Shown piece by piece: positions 29,265-39,205 of a stretch of DNA of 64,000 nt (position 1 is the first letter of the stretch; each line of letters starts with the position of its first letter). The translations under genes and the position numbers were made by a program. Below the pieces are notes generated by a model. It was given only the letters and a program-made list of their open reading frames with translations, was not told the DNA's origin and did no database searches. Source of the stretch: Candidatus Poribacteria bacterium (GTDB lineage Bacteria; Poribacteria; WGA-4E; PCPOR2b); the NCBI GenBank assembly GCA_965205075.1, contig OZ242036.1, positions 3,196,795-3,260,794 on the forward strand, in the 5' to 3' direction.

Positions 29265-30252
29265 GTTTATGCCTCCTTTCATACCGTTTTTTCTCTTTCC
29301 TCGGTCCTTCACGTTCAAATCTTCCTGCACTGAATCCCGATATGCGCAAGTAGCTATCGTACCGCAACTCGCTAATCTCTCCACCTTCGACAGCACTTTT
29401 AACCGCACACCCCGGTTCATGCTGATGGGTGCACGCTGCAAATTTGCATTCAGGAATGTAAGGACGCATTTCAGGGAAGTAGATGTCTAGCCCCTGTTCA
29501 TCATCAATCTCAAACAAGCCGAGTGTACGGATGCCCGGTGTGTCTGCGACAAACCCACCAAAATGGAGTGGTAAAAGGGCAACCTCCGTTGTGGTATGCT
29601 GTCCCTTGTGCATCCGTTCATCAACATCGCCGACGCGCAGCCGCAAGCCCGGCTGGATTTCGTTGAGTAATGACGATTTGCCAACGCCAGACGATCCGAC
29701 GATAGCGGAAATCCGATCTCTCATCACCGTACGCATTTCGTCAATTCCAACACCAGTTACAATACTAGTGTAGATCACATTGTAACCGATTCTCTCGTAC
29801 AGCGCCATTTGTGCTTTTAATTTTTCCAGTTGGACCAAGTCAATCTTGTTAATACAGATTATGGGTAACATCCCCGATGCCTCGGCTGTCACGAGAAAGC
29901 GATCTAACATGCGTAATTTGAGTTGAGGGTTTCGTGCTGCAAAGATGACTAGCAAGAGATCGAGGTTCGCTACAATGACCTGTGGCAATTTGTTTACGCG
30001 CGTGCGGCCAAATTGGGTCTCACGCGGAAGAATCTCCTCAATATAACCCATATCCGCTTTCGACCCTGATCGAGAGATTTGCACTCGATCGCCGACAGAA
30101 ACGAGATCCACGTAGGGCAACTCTTTCGTTTCTGCACGCTCCCGTCTATCCGCTTCAATAATATGATGTCGCAATGAGCAGTGGTAGAGTTGTTCTCCGA
30201 TCTGGACATCATACCCCCCACCGTGTGCTTTGATAACGATTCCTTCATCCAT
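29251..30252 (-). CDS. rsgA: Ribosome small-subunit-dependent GTPase A
   Basis: G4 NKIDL, G1 GSSGVGKSSLLN, and a C-terminal zinc finger CKFAACTHQHEPGCAV. OB-fold N-terminus. Confidence 0.85.
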   Translation of the reverse strand: MDEGIVIKAHGGGYDVQIGEQLYHCSLRHHIIEADRRERAETKELPYVDLVSVGDRVQISRSGSKADMGYIEEILPRETQFGRTRVNKLPQVIVANLDLLLVIFAARNPQLKLRMLDRFLVTAEASGMLPIICINKIDLVQLEKLKAQMALYERIGYNVIYTSIVTGVGIDEMRTVMRDRISAIVGSSGVGKSSLLNEIQPGLRLRVGDVDERMHKGQHTTTEVALLPLHFGGFVADTPGIRTLGLFEIDDEQGLDIYFPEMRPYIPECKFAACTHQHEPGCAVKSAVEGGEISELRYDSYLRISGFSAGRFEREGPRKEKKRYERRHKRAKR

Positions 30253-30270
30253 AAAATAGAACCTCACAAG

Positions 30271-30318
30271 GTTAAATAAAAAAAGCCCGCAAGGAAACTC
30301 ATCCTTACGGGCTTTTCG
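30271..30318 (-). terminator. Rho-independent terminator (11-bp stem plus TTTTTTTATTT on the minus strand), 20 nt upstream of the rsgA start
   Basis: gcccgcaagga-aactca-tccttacgggc, flanked by an A-run on plus (a T-run on minus). No annotated minus-strand gene lies upstream of it. Confidence 0.5.
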
Positions 30319-30337
30319 ACATCACACCAAACGAGAT

Positions 30338-30454
30338 TTACGTAGCCGTTCCTACCAATCCGAAACGCAGATGGGCAGAGTCAAGACAAGTTCCTTGATT
30401 ATCCAATATATTGTTTTTTCTACCGCAGTTAATTCGTTTAAGCATTTCTTGCAT
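30338..30454 (-). CDS. Candidate small ORF (38 aa, MQEMLKRINCGRKNNILDNQGTCLDSAHLRFGLVGTAT) ending just before the terminator
   Basis: ATG preceded by AGGTGGT at 7-nt spacing. Located between a possible sigma54-like motif and the terminator. No homology evidence. Confidence 0.25.
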   Translation of the reverse strand: MQEMLKRINCGRKNNILDNQGTCLDSAHLRFGLVGTAT

Positions 30455-30681
30455 GACTTTGCACCACCTTTCTATGTAGTTGGATTGAGTTGCTATCTAT
30501 ATCTAACGCCTATTTCTAATCAAGGTTGCAATTTCACTTATTTTAACACACTTCAATCCCATCCTCAAGTAAAACTTCAGTTAATTTTCACACATCCAGA
30601 TCCATTAACAACAGAGATTAATACTGACCATCAATTTTTGTGCCAACTAGTCCCCATACCCCTTTGCAGCCATGAATTCCC

Positions 30682-30710
30682 TTGTCATTGCAGGTCGAAT
30701 TTGCTATAAT
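30682..30710 (+). promoter_or_regulatory. Consensus sigma70 promoter TTGTCA-N17-TATAAT driving the lpxL-lpt-rpoN operon
   Basis: ttgtca at 30682-30687, a 17-nt spacer, tataat at 30705-30710. It lies inside the ORF-track N-terminal extension, so the gene start was moved to 30721. Confidence 0.55.
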
Positions 30711-30720
30711 AGGGACAGAT

Positions 30721-31605
30721 ATGTGGCGCATTTTGAAAGATTACTGTTACGTATTTACGGCAAAATGTATAGGTCAGTGCATTGCTCGGCTGCCTCGTAA
30801 ACTTGCTTTATTCATAGGCGTTTATCTTGCTACGGCTGTTTTTTTATTGTCTGATCGCGAGAAGGATAAAGCGTGCAAGCATCTGGCACAGAGCCTTGGG
30901 ATTGGTCAGCCAATGGTAGGCAGGCTTGTCCGACGTTCCTTTCAGAACATCGGTAAGAACTTGATGGAATTTATGCAGCTGCCTCGCATGTCTCCCGAGA
31001 CTCTCCATCAGCTTGTTACCCTTGAGGGCAGAGAACATATTGATAAGGCATTAGCTCAAGGCAGAGGCGCGATCATTCTGACGGCTCACTTTGGCAACTG
31101 GGAACTTCTTGGTGCTAGCATCCTTGCACATGGCTATACAATCCGTGGGATCACGCGGGAGCTACGATCCAAACGTTTAGACGCTATTGTCAGCAGCTAT
31201 CGAGAAAAGGTTGGCTGGCAAGGTATCGACCGAGATGGATCGGTTCGTGAAGTATTACGTTGTCTCAATCGAAATGAACTAATCGCGATTCTTGCAGATG
31301 TGGACACCCGTACGCGAGGGATCTTCGTTGATTTTTTCGGCAAACCTGCCTATACACCTTATAGCCCGGTAGCCTTCGCGCTCAAGACCGGGGCTGCGAT
31401 TTTGCCAACTTTTATCGTCCGTCAACAGGACAATTCACATCGTGCTATTATCGAAGCACCACTGACTCTACAACAAAGTGGCGATAAAGAAGTAGACCTC
31501 TTGGTCAACACACAACAGTTCACCAAAGTTATTGAATCTTATATTCGACGCTACCCGGAACAGTGGATCTGGATGCATGAACGTTGGAAGACACAACCTG
31601 AATAA
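30721..31605 (+). CDS. lpxL: Lipid A biosynthesis lauroyl/myristoyl acyltransferase (LpxL/HtrB family)
   Basis: ILTAHFGNWELLGA motif (HX4D-like region of the family), 294 aa. Very short leader after the promoter. Confidence 0.7.
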   Translation: MWRILKDYCYVFTAKCIGQCIARLPRKLALFIGVYLATAVFLLSDREKDKACKHLAQSLGIGQPMVGRLVRRSFQNIGKNLMEFMQLPRMSPETLHQLVTLEGREHIDKALAQGRGAIILTAHFGNWELLGASILAHGYTIRGITRELRSKRLDAIVSSYREKVGWQGIDRDGSVREVLRCLNRNELIAILADVDTRTRGIFVDFFGKPAYTPYSPVAFALKTGAAILPTFIVRQQDNSHRAIIEAPLTLQQSGDKEVDLLVNTQQFTKVIESYIRRYPEQWIWMHERWKTQPE

Positions 31606-32158
31606 TCGACACTTATATATCACATTTCAAATCCCCTTCCTTTTGATAGCTTTTAGCCTATTCACTTTTGGCTGTGATAAAGCAGACGAAGAACCGACAG
31701 AACCGGTTCAAGAAACGCCTCAACAGATACTGCATACCTTTTCAACCCAACACGCAGACGGGGGCATCACGCGCTGGACGCTTGTTGCTGAGAAGGGAAC
31801 ATTCCTAAAAGAAATTGTGGAGATGCAAAAACCAACGGTCCAGATCTTTGAGGAGGGCAAGTGGGCAATAACCATAACAGGCGATCGTGGCGAGCTTATC
31901 GAGTCAAGCAATGATATTCATATTTTTGAGAATGTTGTTGGAAAGAGTCCAGATGGGCGCCTCTACACCGATGAACTTCACTGGCGAAACAGTGATGGCA
32001 AGCTATTTGCACCGAACACCTCTACAATTGTGCGGGGTGATTCAACAATGGTCGGTCAAGAACTGGAAGGCGATCCGACACTCGAAGTGGTTATAATGAA
32101 GAATGTTCAATCTAAAATTTATCCAAAGGATGAGAAATTTGATGCTACTGAGAATTAA
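31577..32158 (+). CDS. lptC: LPS export system protein LptC-like (periplasmic, lipid-anchored)
   Basis: N-terminal signal with lipobox FTFGC, an OstA/LptC-like beta-jellyroll sequence, and position upstream of lptA-lptB. Start uncertain. Confidence 0.5.
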   Translation: MNVGRHNLNNRHLYITFQIPFLLIAFSLFTFGCDKADEEPTEPVQETPQQILHTFSTQHADGGITRWTLVAEKGTFLKEIVEMQKPTVQIFEEGKWAITITGDRGELIESSNDIHIFENVVGKSPDGRLYTDELHWRNSDGKLFAPNTSTIVRGDSTMVGQELEGDPTLEVVIMKNVQSKIYPKDEKFDATEN

Positions 32159-32807
32159 TTCTGTAACAATTCCAAAACTTACCGTGGTCCTGCTGTGGAC
32201 AGTTGGCTTTCTCCTTAGTGTTCTTTTGCTCAACAACCAGGCATACCCAGTTGATGAACAAGAAACAGCTCCACCACAACAGGAAGAAATGGGCGATGAA
32301 AGGGCTTCAGAAGAGGAAGTAATTAATGTACGACATGCAGATCGCTTTGAGCAACGTGAAAAAGAAGGGGTGACAATTTTTACTGGTAACGTTCAAATCG
32401 AAAGACCCAACGGCTTCCTGAATGCCGACAAAGTGACCATTTATGAAAACGTTGACACGAATGAAACTGTTAAAACCGTTGCGGAAGGAAACGTTGAGCT
32501 TCGGGACGGGGATACATTTGTCACTTGTGCCCACGCGATCTTGAACCACCTCACTGATATTATAGACTTCAGCGATGACGTTATTGTCCTCCAAAATGAG
32601 GATCGGTTGGAGGCAGATACCTTCAAATATAACCGCCGCACGGGTGAACGCTCCGGAGAGGGCAATATAAAGGTTCGGATTCGTGTCAAGTCTCAGAAGG
32701 AACCTGGGGCGGAGTCACAGGAAGAAGAAGCAGAGTCGCAAGAAGAAGAGGTGATTTCACAAGAGGAAGAGGAGGCAGAGAGCAGTGGCGGTCCTTCAAA
32801 CCCATGA
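32130..32807 (+). CDS. lptA: LptA (OstA N-terminal domain) periplasmic LPS transport protein with an acidic C-terminal tail
   Basis: Signal peptide. Beta-jellyroll motifs (VTIFTGNVQIERPNGFLNADKVTIY). C-terminal SQEEEAESQEEE low-complexity tail. Confidence 0.6.
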   Translation: MRNLMLLRINSVTIPKLTVVLLWTVGFLLSVLLLNNQAYPVDEQETAPPQQEEMGDERASEEEVINVRHADRFEQREKEGVTIFTGNVQIERPNGFLNADKVTIYENVDTNETVKTVAEGNVELRDGDTFVTCAHAILNHLTDIIDFSDDVIVLQNEDRLEADTFKYNRRTGERSGEGNIKVRIRVKSQKEPGAESQEEEAESQEEEVISQEEEEAESSGGPSNP

Positions 32808-33528
32808 ACTTGTTAAAAGTTATACAAGACGTGGACCCATCGTTGTTAATCGAGTCAGCCTTGAAGTCGAGACAGGCGAAATTGTCGGTTTGCTGGGTCC
32901 GAACGGTGCGGGCAAGTCAACGACATTTTATATGGTTGTTGGACTGATCCGCCCCAACGCAGGACAAATCATCTATGATGATGAGGACATCACATTTCTG
33001 CCGATGTATAAACGCGCACGACGGGGCATCGGTTATCTCGCTCAGGAAACCTCTATCTTTCGGAAGCTGACGGTCAGACAGAACATCGAAGCCATCTTAG
33101 AGGTGCGCGATATTCCCAAAATGGAGCGTGGCGAACAAAGTGAACAACTGATGGACGAACTTGGCATTTCTGAGTTGGCAGATCGCAAGGCATACACCCT
33201 TTCGGGTGGCGAATGTCGTCGTGCTGAAATCGCAAGAGCTTTGGCAGCGTCTCCGTCTTTTATTTTATTGGATGAGCCATTTTCAGGGATAGATCCAATT
33301 GCAGTTCAAGATATTAAGCAGCTCATCTTACACTTACGCGATAGAAATCTTGGCATCCTAATCACAGACCACAATGCCTCGGAAATGTTAGGCATTGTTG
33401 ACCGTGCTTACTTAATTACTGACGGAAAAATCACGTTAAGCGGTACGCCTGAAACACTTGTTGAGAGTGAAATCGCTAGAGATCAGTACTTGGGGCATAA
33501 TTTTGAACTGCGCAGATCTCAGATATAA
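32785..33528 (+). CDS. lptB: LPS export ABC transporter ATP-binding protein
   Basis: GTG start. Walker A GPNGAGKSTTFYM, signature LSGGECRRAEIARAL, Walker B ILLDEPFSGIDP. Classic LptB N-terminus (ELVKSY). Confidence 0.85.
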   Translation: MAVLQTHELVKSYTRRGPIVVNRVSLEVETGEIVGLLGPNGAGKSTTFYMVVGLIRPNAGQIIYDDEDITFLPMYKRARRGIGYLAQETSIFRKLTVRQNIEAILEVRDIPKMERGEQSEQLMDELGISELADRKAYTLSGGECRRAEIARALAASPSFILLDEPFSGIDPIAVQDIKQLILHLRDRNLGILITDHNASEMLGIVDRAYLITDGKITLSGTPETLVESEIARDQYLGHNFELRRSQI

Positions 33529-33553
33529 CGCACTCATTTGAGGGGATTAAGTC

Positions 33554-35260
33554 ATGAACGTTGGAATGAGACAAACCGCGAACTTACAGCACCGGCTGGT
33601 CATGACGCCCAAGCTACAGCAAGCGATTCAAATACTTCTGATGTCACGACTGGATCTGACGCAGCATTTGAGTCAGCAATTGGAACAAAATCCGCTCTTA
33701 GAGGAGATACTCGAAGATGATGAGCTTGAGGGACTTTTCGATTTAGAACGGCTTGATCCGGATACCCAATGGAACGAACCCGAAGAGATTATTGATCGTG
33801 AGGATAAAGAACCGGATTTTGACTGGAAGGACTTTCTGGATGACTCCTTCCATCGGGGTGAAAGCGGAGAGTTTGAACATTGGCAGAACAACGACGACCA
33901 GCGTCCCTCCGACATCGCTTGTTTCCAGTCGCTACACGATTTTCTGGTGGAACAACTCCGTGTCGCACCTTTTTCGGCAATGGAACGCGAAATTGGTGAG
34001 CAGATTATTGGCAATCTTGATGATAACGGTCAGCTGCGGACCGGTCCTCTGTTCGACATAAATCCAGTATTCCAAAATCACTTAGATAATGGGATACTCT
34101 CAGAAAACCTGCAACAGGTAATCGAAAAAGGGTTGCGTAAGGAATTTGAAAACGATGAAATTTCGCTTTCTCCAAGTGCAATCGTCACTGTAAAATCGGA
34201 AGATAGCTGTTGGCTGATAACCGATGCGGCGGGTGAACAGACCTATACAATTAACAAGGAAGATGGTCAGTTCAATGTCTACAACATCACCCTCGAAGGT
34301 ATTGCAGCCGCCATCAGCTGCGACGTGGAGAAGGTCGAAGCTGTTTTGCACTTTATTCACAATAATTTTGAGCCCATCGGAATCGCTTATCGAACCATCC
34401 CGGAAACCCTTCTTACACAGATGAGAGCTGCACAAATTGAGAATCCACTCGCAGAAATGGTCATCAAACACCATTGGAAGGATTTAACGGATAATCATCT
34501 CCAGCGTATTGCCCAAGGACTTGGGGTACAAATCAGTGAAATTGTGGAAGCGCGCGAACTAATTGGTATTTTAGATCCCTATCCGGGGCGTCACTTCTCC
34601 GATCCTAGAGATCCAAGGGCACCTGAAACGATCGTCCCTGACGTTACAATTGAAAAAATTGAGGGGGAATACCGAGTTATCACCAATGACGACGGTATGC
34701 CTCGACTACGTTTGAATCCGGTCTATGTCGATTGGATGATGAACGGCAACAAAAACCTAGATACCGATACGAAGGAGTGGCTAGAGGTTCGCAGAACTCA
34801 GGCAAGGGATTTGTTACAAAGCATTGTACAGCGTCGCCAAACGATTGCAAGGGTAACGGAAGCAATCTTTGAGGTACAAGCGGATTTCTTGGAGCAAGGA
34901 GTTAAGGGACTTAAACCGTTGGTCCTAAAGCAGATAGCAGATATGGCGGGTGTCCATGAATCAACAGTCAGCCGGGTCACGTCGAATAAGTATGTTGAAA
35001 CACCTCAAGGCATCTATAGGCTGAAGTACTTTTTCAGCGGTGAACTTCCGACGGATTCCGGATCAAATGTTGCTGCAACCACAGTCAAAGAGAAGATTAA
35101 GGACATGATTGAAAATGAGGATGCAGCGAAACCGTTGAGTGACAAGGCAATCGCTGATGCATTGGAAGCACAAGGGATTCATACCGCAAGACGAACTGTT
35201 GCCAAATATCGTGAGGAACTTGATATTCTACCATCTCCTAAGAGGAAACGGAAATGGTAG
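33554..35260 (+). CDS. rpoN: RNA polymerase sigma-54 factor
   Basis: N-terminal region I (LQQAIQILLMSRLDL), a helix-turn-helix (QIADMAGVHESTVSRV) and the RpoN box (ARRTVAKYRE). Confidence 0.9.
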   Translation: MNVGMRQTANLQHRLVMTPKLQQAIQILLMSRLDLTQHLSQQLEQNPLLEEILEDDELEGLFDLERLDPDTQWNEPEEIIDREDKEPDFDWKDFLDDSFHRGESGEFEHWQNNDDQRPSDIACFQSLHDFLVEQLRVAPFSAMEREIGEQIIGNLDDNGQLRTGPLFDINPVFQNHLDNGILSENLQQVIEKGLRKEFENDEISLSPSAIVTVKSEDSCWLITDAAGEQTYTINKEDGQFNVYNITLEGIAAAISCDVEKVEAVLHFIHNNFEPIGIAYRTIPETLLTQMRAAQIENPLAEMVIKHHWKDLTDNHLQRIAQGLGVQISEIVEARELIGILDPYPGRHFSDPRDPRAPETIVPDVTIEKIEGEYRVITNDDGMPRLRLNPVYVDWMMNGNKNLDTDTKEWLEVRRTQARDLLQSIVQRRQTIARVTEAIFEVQADFLEQGVKGLKPLVLKQIADMAGVHESTVSRVTSNKYVETPQGIYRLKYFFSGELPTDSGSNVAATTVKEKIKDMIENEDAAKPLSDKAIADALEAQGIHTARRTVAKYREELDILPSPKRKRKW

Positions 35261-35336
35261 ATAATTAACGACTGACCGATTTGTGATGAATCGGCAGCGA
35301 CCAGTGAAGTATTAATTGAATAGAGGGAGCCTAAGC

Positions 35337-35906
35337 ATGCAAATCCATCTGATTAGCCGTCACTTTGAAATTACAGACGATATTCGAACTTACATTGAGA
35401 AGCGTGCTAAGAAAATCGAAGTGATTTTTAGTCCCGTTATCGATTTTCAGGTGGTTATGGAGGTGGAGAAAAACCGTTACCGAACGGAAATTACGCTTGC
35501 GACACGGAAAGCGACCTTCCACGCCCAAGGTGAAACGCACGATGTTTTCTCATCGCTCGACGATGTAATAGACAAGATCGAGGCACAAATTCGTCGCCAT
35601 AAGGAGAGAATTAAAGATCGGCGACATCGCATGTCTCAGCGTGAGGTAGCAGTGCAGTTAAGCGGTAATGAGGACGACCTAGAGGTGGGATTGGATACGA
35701 GTGATCCATCAGATATGCCGGCACCTCAGTTCAGTGCTCCTGAAAAATTCGCCTCCAAACCGATGAGTGTGGGTGAGGCAGTGATGCAGCTTCAAATTTC
35801 TGGAGATACCTTGTTACTTTTCTTAAACGCGCAGACAAATCAGGTCAATCTTGTTTACGAAAATGATAATGGTGAATATGGATGGGTTGAGCCTCAATTT
35901 GTCTAG
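35337..35906 (+). CDS. hpf: Ribosome hibernation-promoting factor, long form
   Basis: RaiA/HPF N-domain (MQIHLISRHFEITDDIRTYIEKR) plus the C-terminal dimerisation domain. RBS GAGGGAG. Confidence 0.85.
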   Translation: MQIHLISRHFEITDDIRTYIEKRAKKIEVIFSPVIDFQVVMEVEKNRYRTEITLATRKATFHAQGETHDVFSSLDDVIDKIEAQIRRHKERIKDRRHRMSQREVAVQLSGNEDDLEVGLDTSDPSDMPAPQFSAPEKFASKPMSVGEAVMQLQISGDTLLLFLNAQTNQVNLVYENDNGEYGWVEPQFV

Positions 35907-36081
35907 AGGTATTCGGGAAAGGTGTTTCACTGAACGATAGTCCACGTCCTCCAATTCACATATGCTCGGTCCGATTTTCTTCCGAGTGTGACCTGTCCCA
36001 ATCCATTGGACGGTCCCTCCCTATCCTTTCTTAAATTGCCACACAGATGAGATAAGATTAATCCACCCAAGGAATAGTCGA

Positions 36082-37101
36082 ATGCTAGACCATATAATGA
36101 CAGTGCGTCAGCTAATCAAATATGCCGGTTACGAACTACAGTTTGAGATCACGGCTGGACATGATGGGCTAGACCGTGCACTCAAAACAGCGGAGTCGAA
36201 CCGCCCAGGACTTGCCCTGTGTGGGCATTACGACCACTTTGGACACGAGCGGGTGCAGATTTTGGGACACGGTGAAATTTCATACATAGAAAGCCTCCCT
36301 TCCTTGGAGCGAATTGAAGTTTTACAGAAATTCTTCACGTATTCTCTCCCGTGTGTGGTTATTACAGGTGGCTTACCAGTCCCGTCAGAACTTGTCACCA
36401 TTGGCAATCAAACAAATATACCAATCTTAACTACCCGGCTATCATCTGCCATCTTCACAACCCGGCTGCTGCTGTTTCTTGAAGATGAATTTGGCCCCTC
36501 GGAGTACGTCCACGGGAACTTGGTTGATGTGTTTGGGGTTGGCGTTTTAATCCTCGGCGACAGTGGAATTGGCAAAAGCGAATGTGCTTTGGAACTCCTG
36601 CAGAGGGGACATCGCCTCATTGCAGACGATACCGTTCTTTTGAAACGTGTATCCGGACACCGTGTTTTCGGGATGCGCACCCAACCGGTGAAGCATTATA
36701 TGGAGGTCCGGGGGTTAGGAATTGTCGATGTGATCGGACTCTTTGGGGTCACCGCGGTCGGTGATCGCACACAGGTGGAATTGGTCGTCACACTAGAACA
36801 TTGGGACGAAAACAAAGTGTACAACCGAACGGGACTTGATGAGGAAGTTTACAGTTTTCACAATGAACGGATACCATACCTTGTCATTCCGGTGGCGCCC
36901 GGACGAAATATCTCAAATCTGATCGAAGCTGCAGCGATGAACCTCTGGGGACAAAAGTTGGGATTCCACGCAGCAAAAGAACTCAATGAAACCCTCATTG
37001 CGGAAATGGCAGAGCAGAACGATGAAGCCGTGCTCGACGAGTGGCAGCACACAACGCTTCATCGTGAAATCTTGGAGCCAACGAAGTCGAAGGTAATTTA
37101 A
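36082..37101 (+). CDS. hprK: HPr kinase/phosphorylase
   Basis: Walker A GDSGIGKSECALEL and the HprK signature LIADDTVLLKR. Confidence 0.85.
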   Translation: MLDHIMTVRQLIKYAGYELQFEITAGHDGLDRALKTAESNRPGLALCGHYDHFGHERVQILGHGEISYIESLPSLERIEVLQKFFTYSLPCVVITGGLPVPSELVTIGNQTNIPILTTRLSSAIFTTRLLLFLEDEFGPSEYVHGNLVDVFGVGVLILGDSGIGKSECALELLQRGHRLIADDTVLLKRVSGHRVFGMRTQPVKHYMEVRGLGIVDVIGLFGVTAVGDRTQVELVVTLEHWDENKVYNRTGLDEEVYSFHNERIPYLVIPVAPGRNISNLIEAAAMNLWGQKLGFHAAKELNETLIAEMAEQNDEAVLDEWQHTTLHREILEPTKSKVI

Positions 37102-37131
37102 CAGCTCCATCAGCCGATAAGGAAGATAATT

Positions 37132-37401
37132 ATGATTGAACACTTGGTAACAATCCGCAATACGCTCGGTTTGCATGCCCGTCCCGCCGGCGTGCTGTCT
37201 CAAGCGGCGAATGAATTCTCTTCCAACATCTACATCCAAAAAGGGCTGATGAAAGTAAATGCAAAAAGTATCATGGGAGTCATGATGTTAGCAGCAAGCC
37301 GTGGCACTCAACTTACGATTTGGGCAGAAGGACCTGACGAGGAAGAAGCTGTTGAAGCCCTATCGAAATTGGTTGAAAGCGGCTTCGATGAGACGGGCTA
37401 A
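37132..37401 (+). CDS. ptsH: Phosphocarrier protein HPr
   Basis: 89 aa with the GLHARPA active-site His15 motif and a regulatory Ser region (KSIMGVM). Confidence 0.8.
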   Translation: MIEHLVTIRNTLGLHARPAGVLSQAANEFSSNIYIQKGLMKVNAKSIMGVMMLAASRGTQLTIWAEGPDEEEAVEALSKLVESGFDETG

Positions 37402-37456
37402 AACGTCTCCAACAACGTCGCATTCCAACGGAGTCAATTCAAATTAGGAGTATCAC

Positions 37457-38281
37457 ATGACACCGGAAGAGAGATACCTATTTGATCTGCACGGATACTT
37501 GGTGCTGCGCGGGGTGCTGTCCCCCGATATACGTCAACGCCTCAACGAAACGATAGATTATCTTGAAACGCTTGATGATAGTCAGACCGTAGCCTTGGGC
37601 ACCGAACGGAAATATCGTGCCTCGGACAACGTCTACGCTCAGACGGGTGTCCCGTCAGAAGATGGCTTAGGCGATTATGACTGTGAGGTGCTACGCTATG
37701 GTGGTCCCTTTGAGGAACTTATCGACCTGCCCCAAACACTTCACTATATTGAGGAGATGATTGGTGAACCCAGCCGGCTCGATGCAGCCAGCTTTATGTC
37801 ACGGAACAGTGGAGGAGCGTTTCGGTTCCATCACGGTTATGCGGAGTTACTACCCTATAGCGAGTATGCCTTCCGAGACGGAGCGTTCAAGTGCGTAAGC
37901 GTGAAAATTGGGTATGCGTTGACGAACGTTGATGTGGAAGACGGTTGTTTTGCTGTTATCCCCGGAAGCCACAAGAGCAACTTCACCAACCCGCTCGTGG
38001 GGCAGATTCCAGATCCCGCCCATCCACTTGTGCAACCGCTGCCGTGTAAAGCCGGTGATGCCATCATCTTCTCTGAAGACCTATCCCACGGGGCTGTAGA
38101 GAACTACGGCTCAAAGGTACGGCGGACACTGTTTTATTCCTACGCACCGGCGTTTCACTGCACTTGGCACGGCTTGGCAATGACAGCCGAAGGTTTTGAG
38201 CAGCGCGCAACTCCACGCCAACTCGAACTTATCCAAGGACCGCCCCCATTTGCTCATACCTCCGAAGCTGATGTCCGCTAA
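37457..38281 (+). CDS. Phytanoyl-CoA dioxygenase (PhyH) family protein
   Basis: N-terminal FDLHGYLVLRGVL motif, an HxD...H arrangement, family length. Confidence 0.7.
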   Translation: MTPEERYLFDLHGYLVLRGVLSPDIRQRLNETIDYLETLDDSQTVALGTERKYRASDNVYAQTGVPSEDGLGDYDCEVLRYGGPFEELIDLPQTLHYIEEMIGEPSRLDAASFMSRNSGGAFRFHHGYAELLPYSEYAFRDGAFKCVSVKIGYALTNVDVEDGCFAVIPGSHKSNFTNPLVGQIPDPAHPLVQPLPCKAGDAIIFSEDLSHGAVENYGSKVRRTLFYSYAPAFHCTWHGLAMTAEGFEQRATPRQLELIQGPPPFAHTSEADVR

Positions 38282-38331
38282 TATCTGTCCCAATGAATTA
38301 AAAACAGGCATAATTCCAGAGAAATCAGAAG

Positions 38332-39177
38332 GTGAACTCCATGAAACCAGCTACGGAAGAAGATGTTTTTGACTTGCAGATTGGTCTTGGTGAATCCGAA
38401 ACCGCTGTTGAAGATAAGCATTTCTTCGACACAGCTGGTTATCTGGTATTAGAAGATCTCCTGACTCCGGGACAAGTTTCGCAGGCGCACGATACGTTGG
38501 CAAGTATTAAAGCAACAACACCGAAAAATATAACGCTATTACCAGATGGGCCCTATGGATGCGAATTGGTCAACATCATTGAAGGAAGGAATGTCGTTGA
38601 GGATGCCATGGCACTGCCCCGTGTCCTCGATTATGTGCAGGAATTCATTTGGGGACGCCAATACCGCCTCGTTGGCTCACGGGCAATAGTGCGAACACCG
38701 GGAAAGGGCAGTCAACTCACGCAAGGAGGGGATGCAGATCCGAGACGTTATGCCCGCTACCGTTGCTTTGGAGACGGTCAATTCCGTTGTCTGATGATTA
38801 CCTGTCTAATTGCGTTGACTAACACCGCCGATGGGGACGGAGCGTTTTGTGCAATTCCCGCCAGTCACAAAGCTAGCCTTCCACACCCCTATGAGAATAC
38901 GGATTTAAGCGCGATTGCGCCGCTGCAGAATATCCCATTGCGTGCCGGATCGGGTGTTTTGTTTACTGAAAACCTCTCTCACGCATTTCGACCGACTACC
39001 GGTGAAGGAGATGTGTGGCTGTCTTATCAGTACGGTCCTTCTTATATGGTCAATTGGCCCCGCTGCGAACCGTCAGCTGATCTGCTAGCGCGTACCGCTG
39101 CTAATCCCGCCAAGTCGCATCTGTTGTTAGAGCCGTATTACCACCCCGCCGGTTCACAAAAGAAACAAGAGATGTAG
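38332..39177 (+). CDS. Phytanoyl-CoA dioxygenase (PhyH) family protein (second paralog)
   Basis: FFDTAGYLVLEDLL N-motif, similar architecture to the preceding gene. Confidence 0.65.
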   Translation: MNSMKPATEEDVFDLQIGLGESETAVEDKHFFDTAGYLVLEDLLTPGQVSQAHDTLASIKATTPKNITLLPDGPYGCELVNIIEGRNVVEDAMALPRVLDYVQEFIWGRQYRLVGSRAIVRTPGKGSQLTQGGDADPRRYARYRCFGDGQFRCLMITCLIALTNTADGDGAFCAIPASHKASLPHPYENTDLSAIAPLQNIPLRAGSGVLFTENLSHAFRPTTGEGDVWLSYQYGPSYMVNWPRCEPSADLLARTAANPAKSHLLLEPYYHPAGSQKKQEM

Positions 39178-39205
39178 TTAATGTAGATCGCACCTAAAGG
39201 GTATA

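Noticed and set aside
30371-30709. 112-aa plus-strand ORF before lpxL
   Set aside because: It runs through a consensus -35/-10 promoter and a minus-strand terminator and has a hydrophobic low-complexity translation. It is more likely non-coding.
30682-30720. ORF-track N-terminal extension of lpxL (MSLQVEFAIIGTD)
   Set aside because: The extension is encoded by the TTGTCA-N17-TATAAT promoter itself. The start was moved to ATG 30721.
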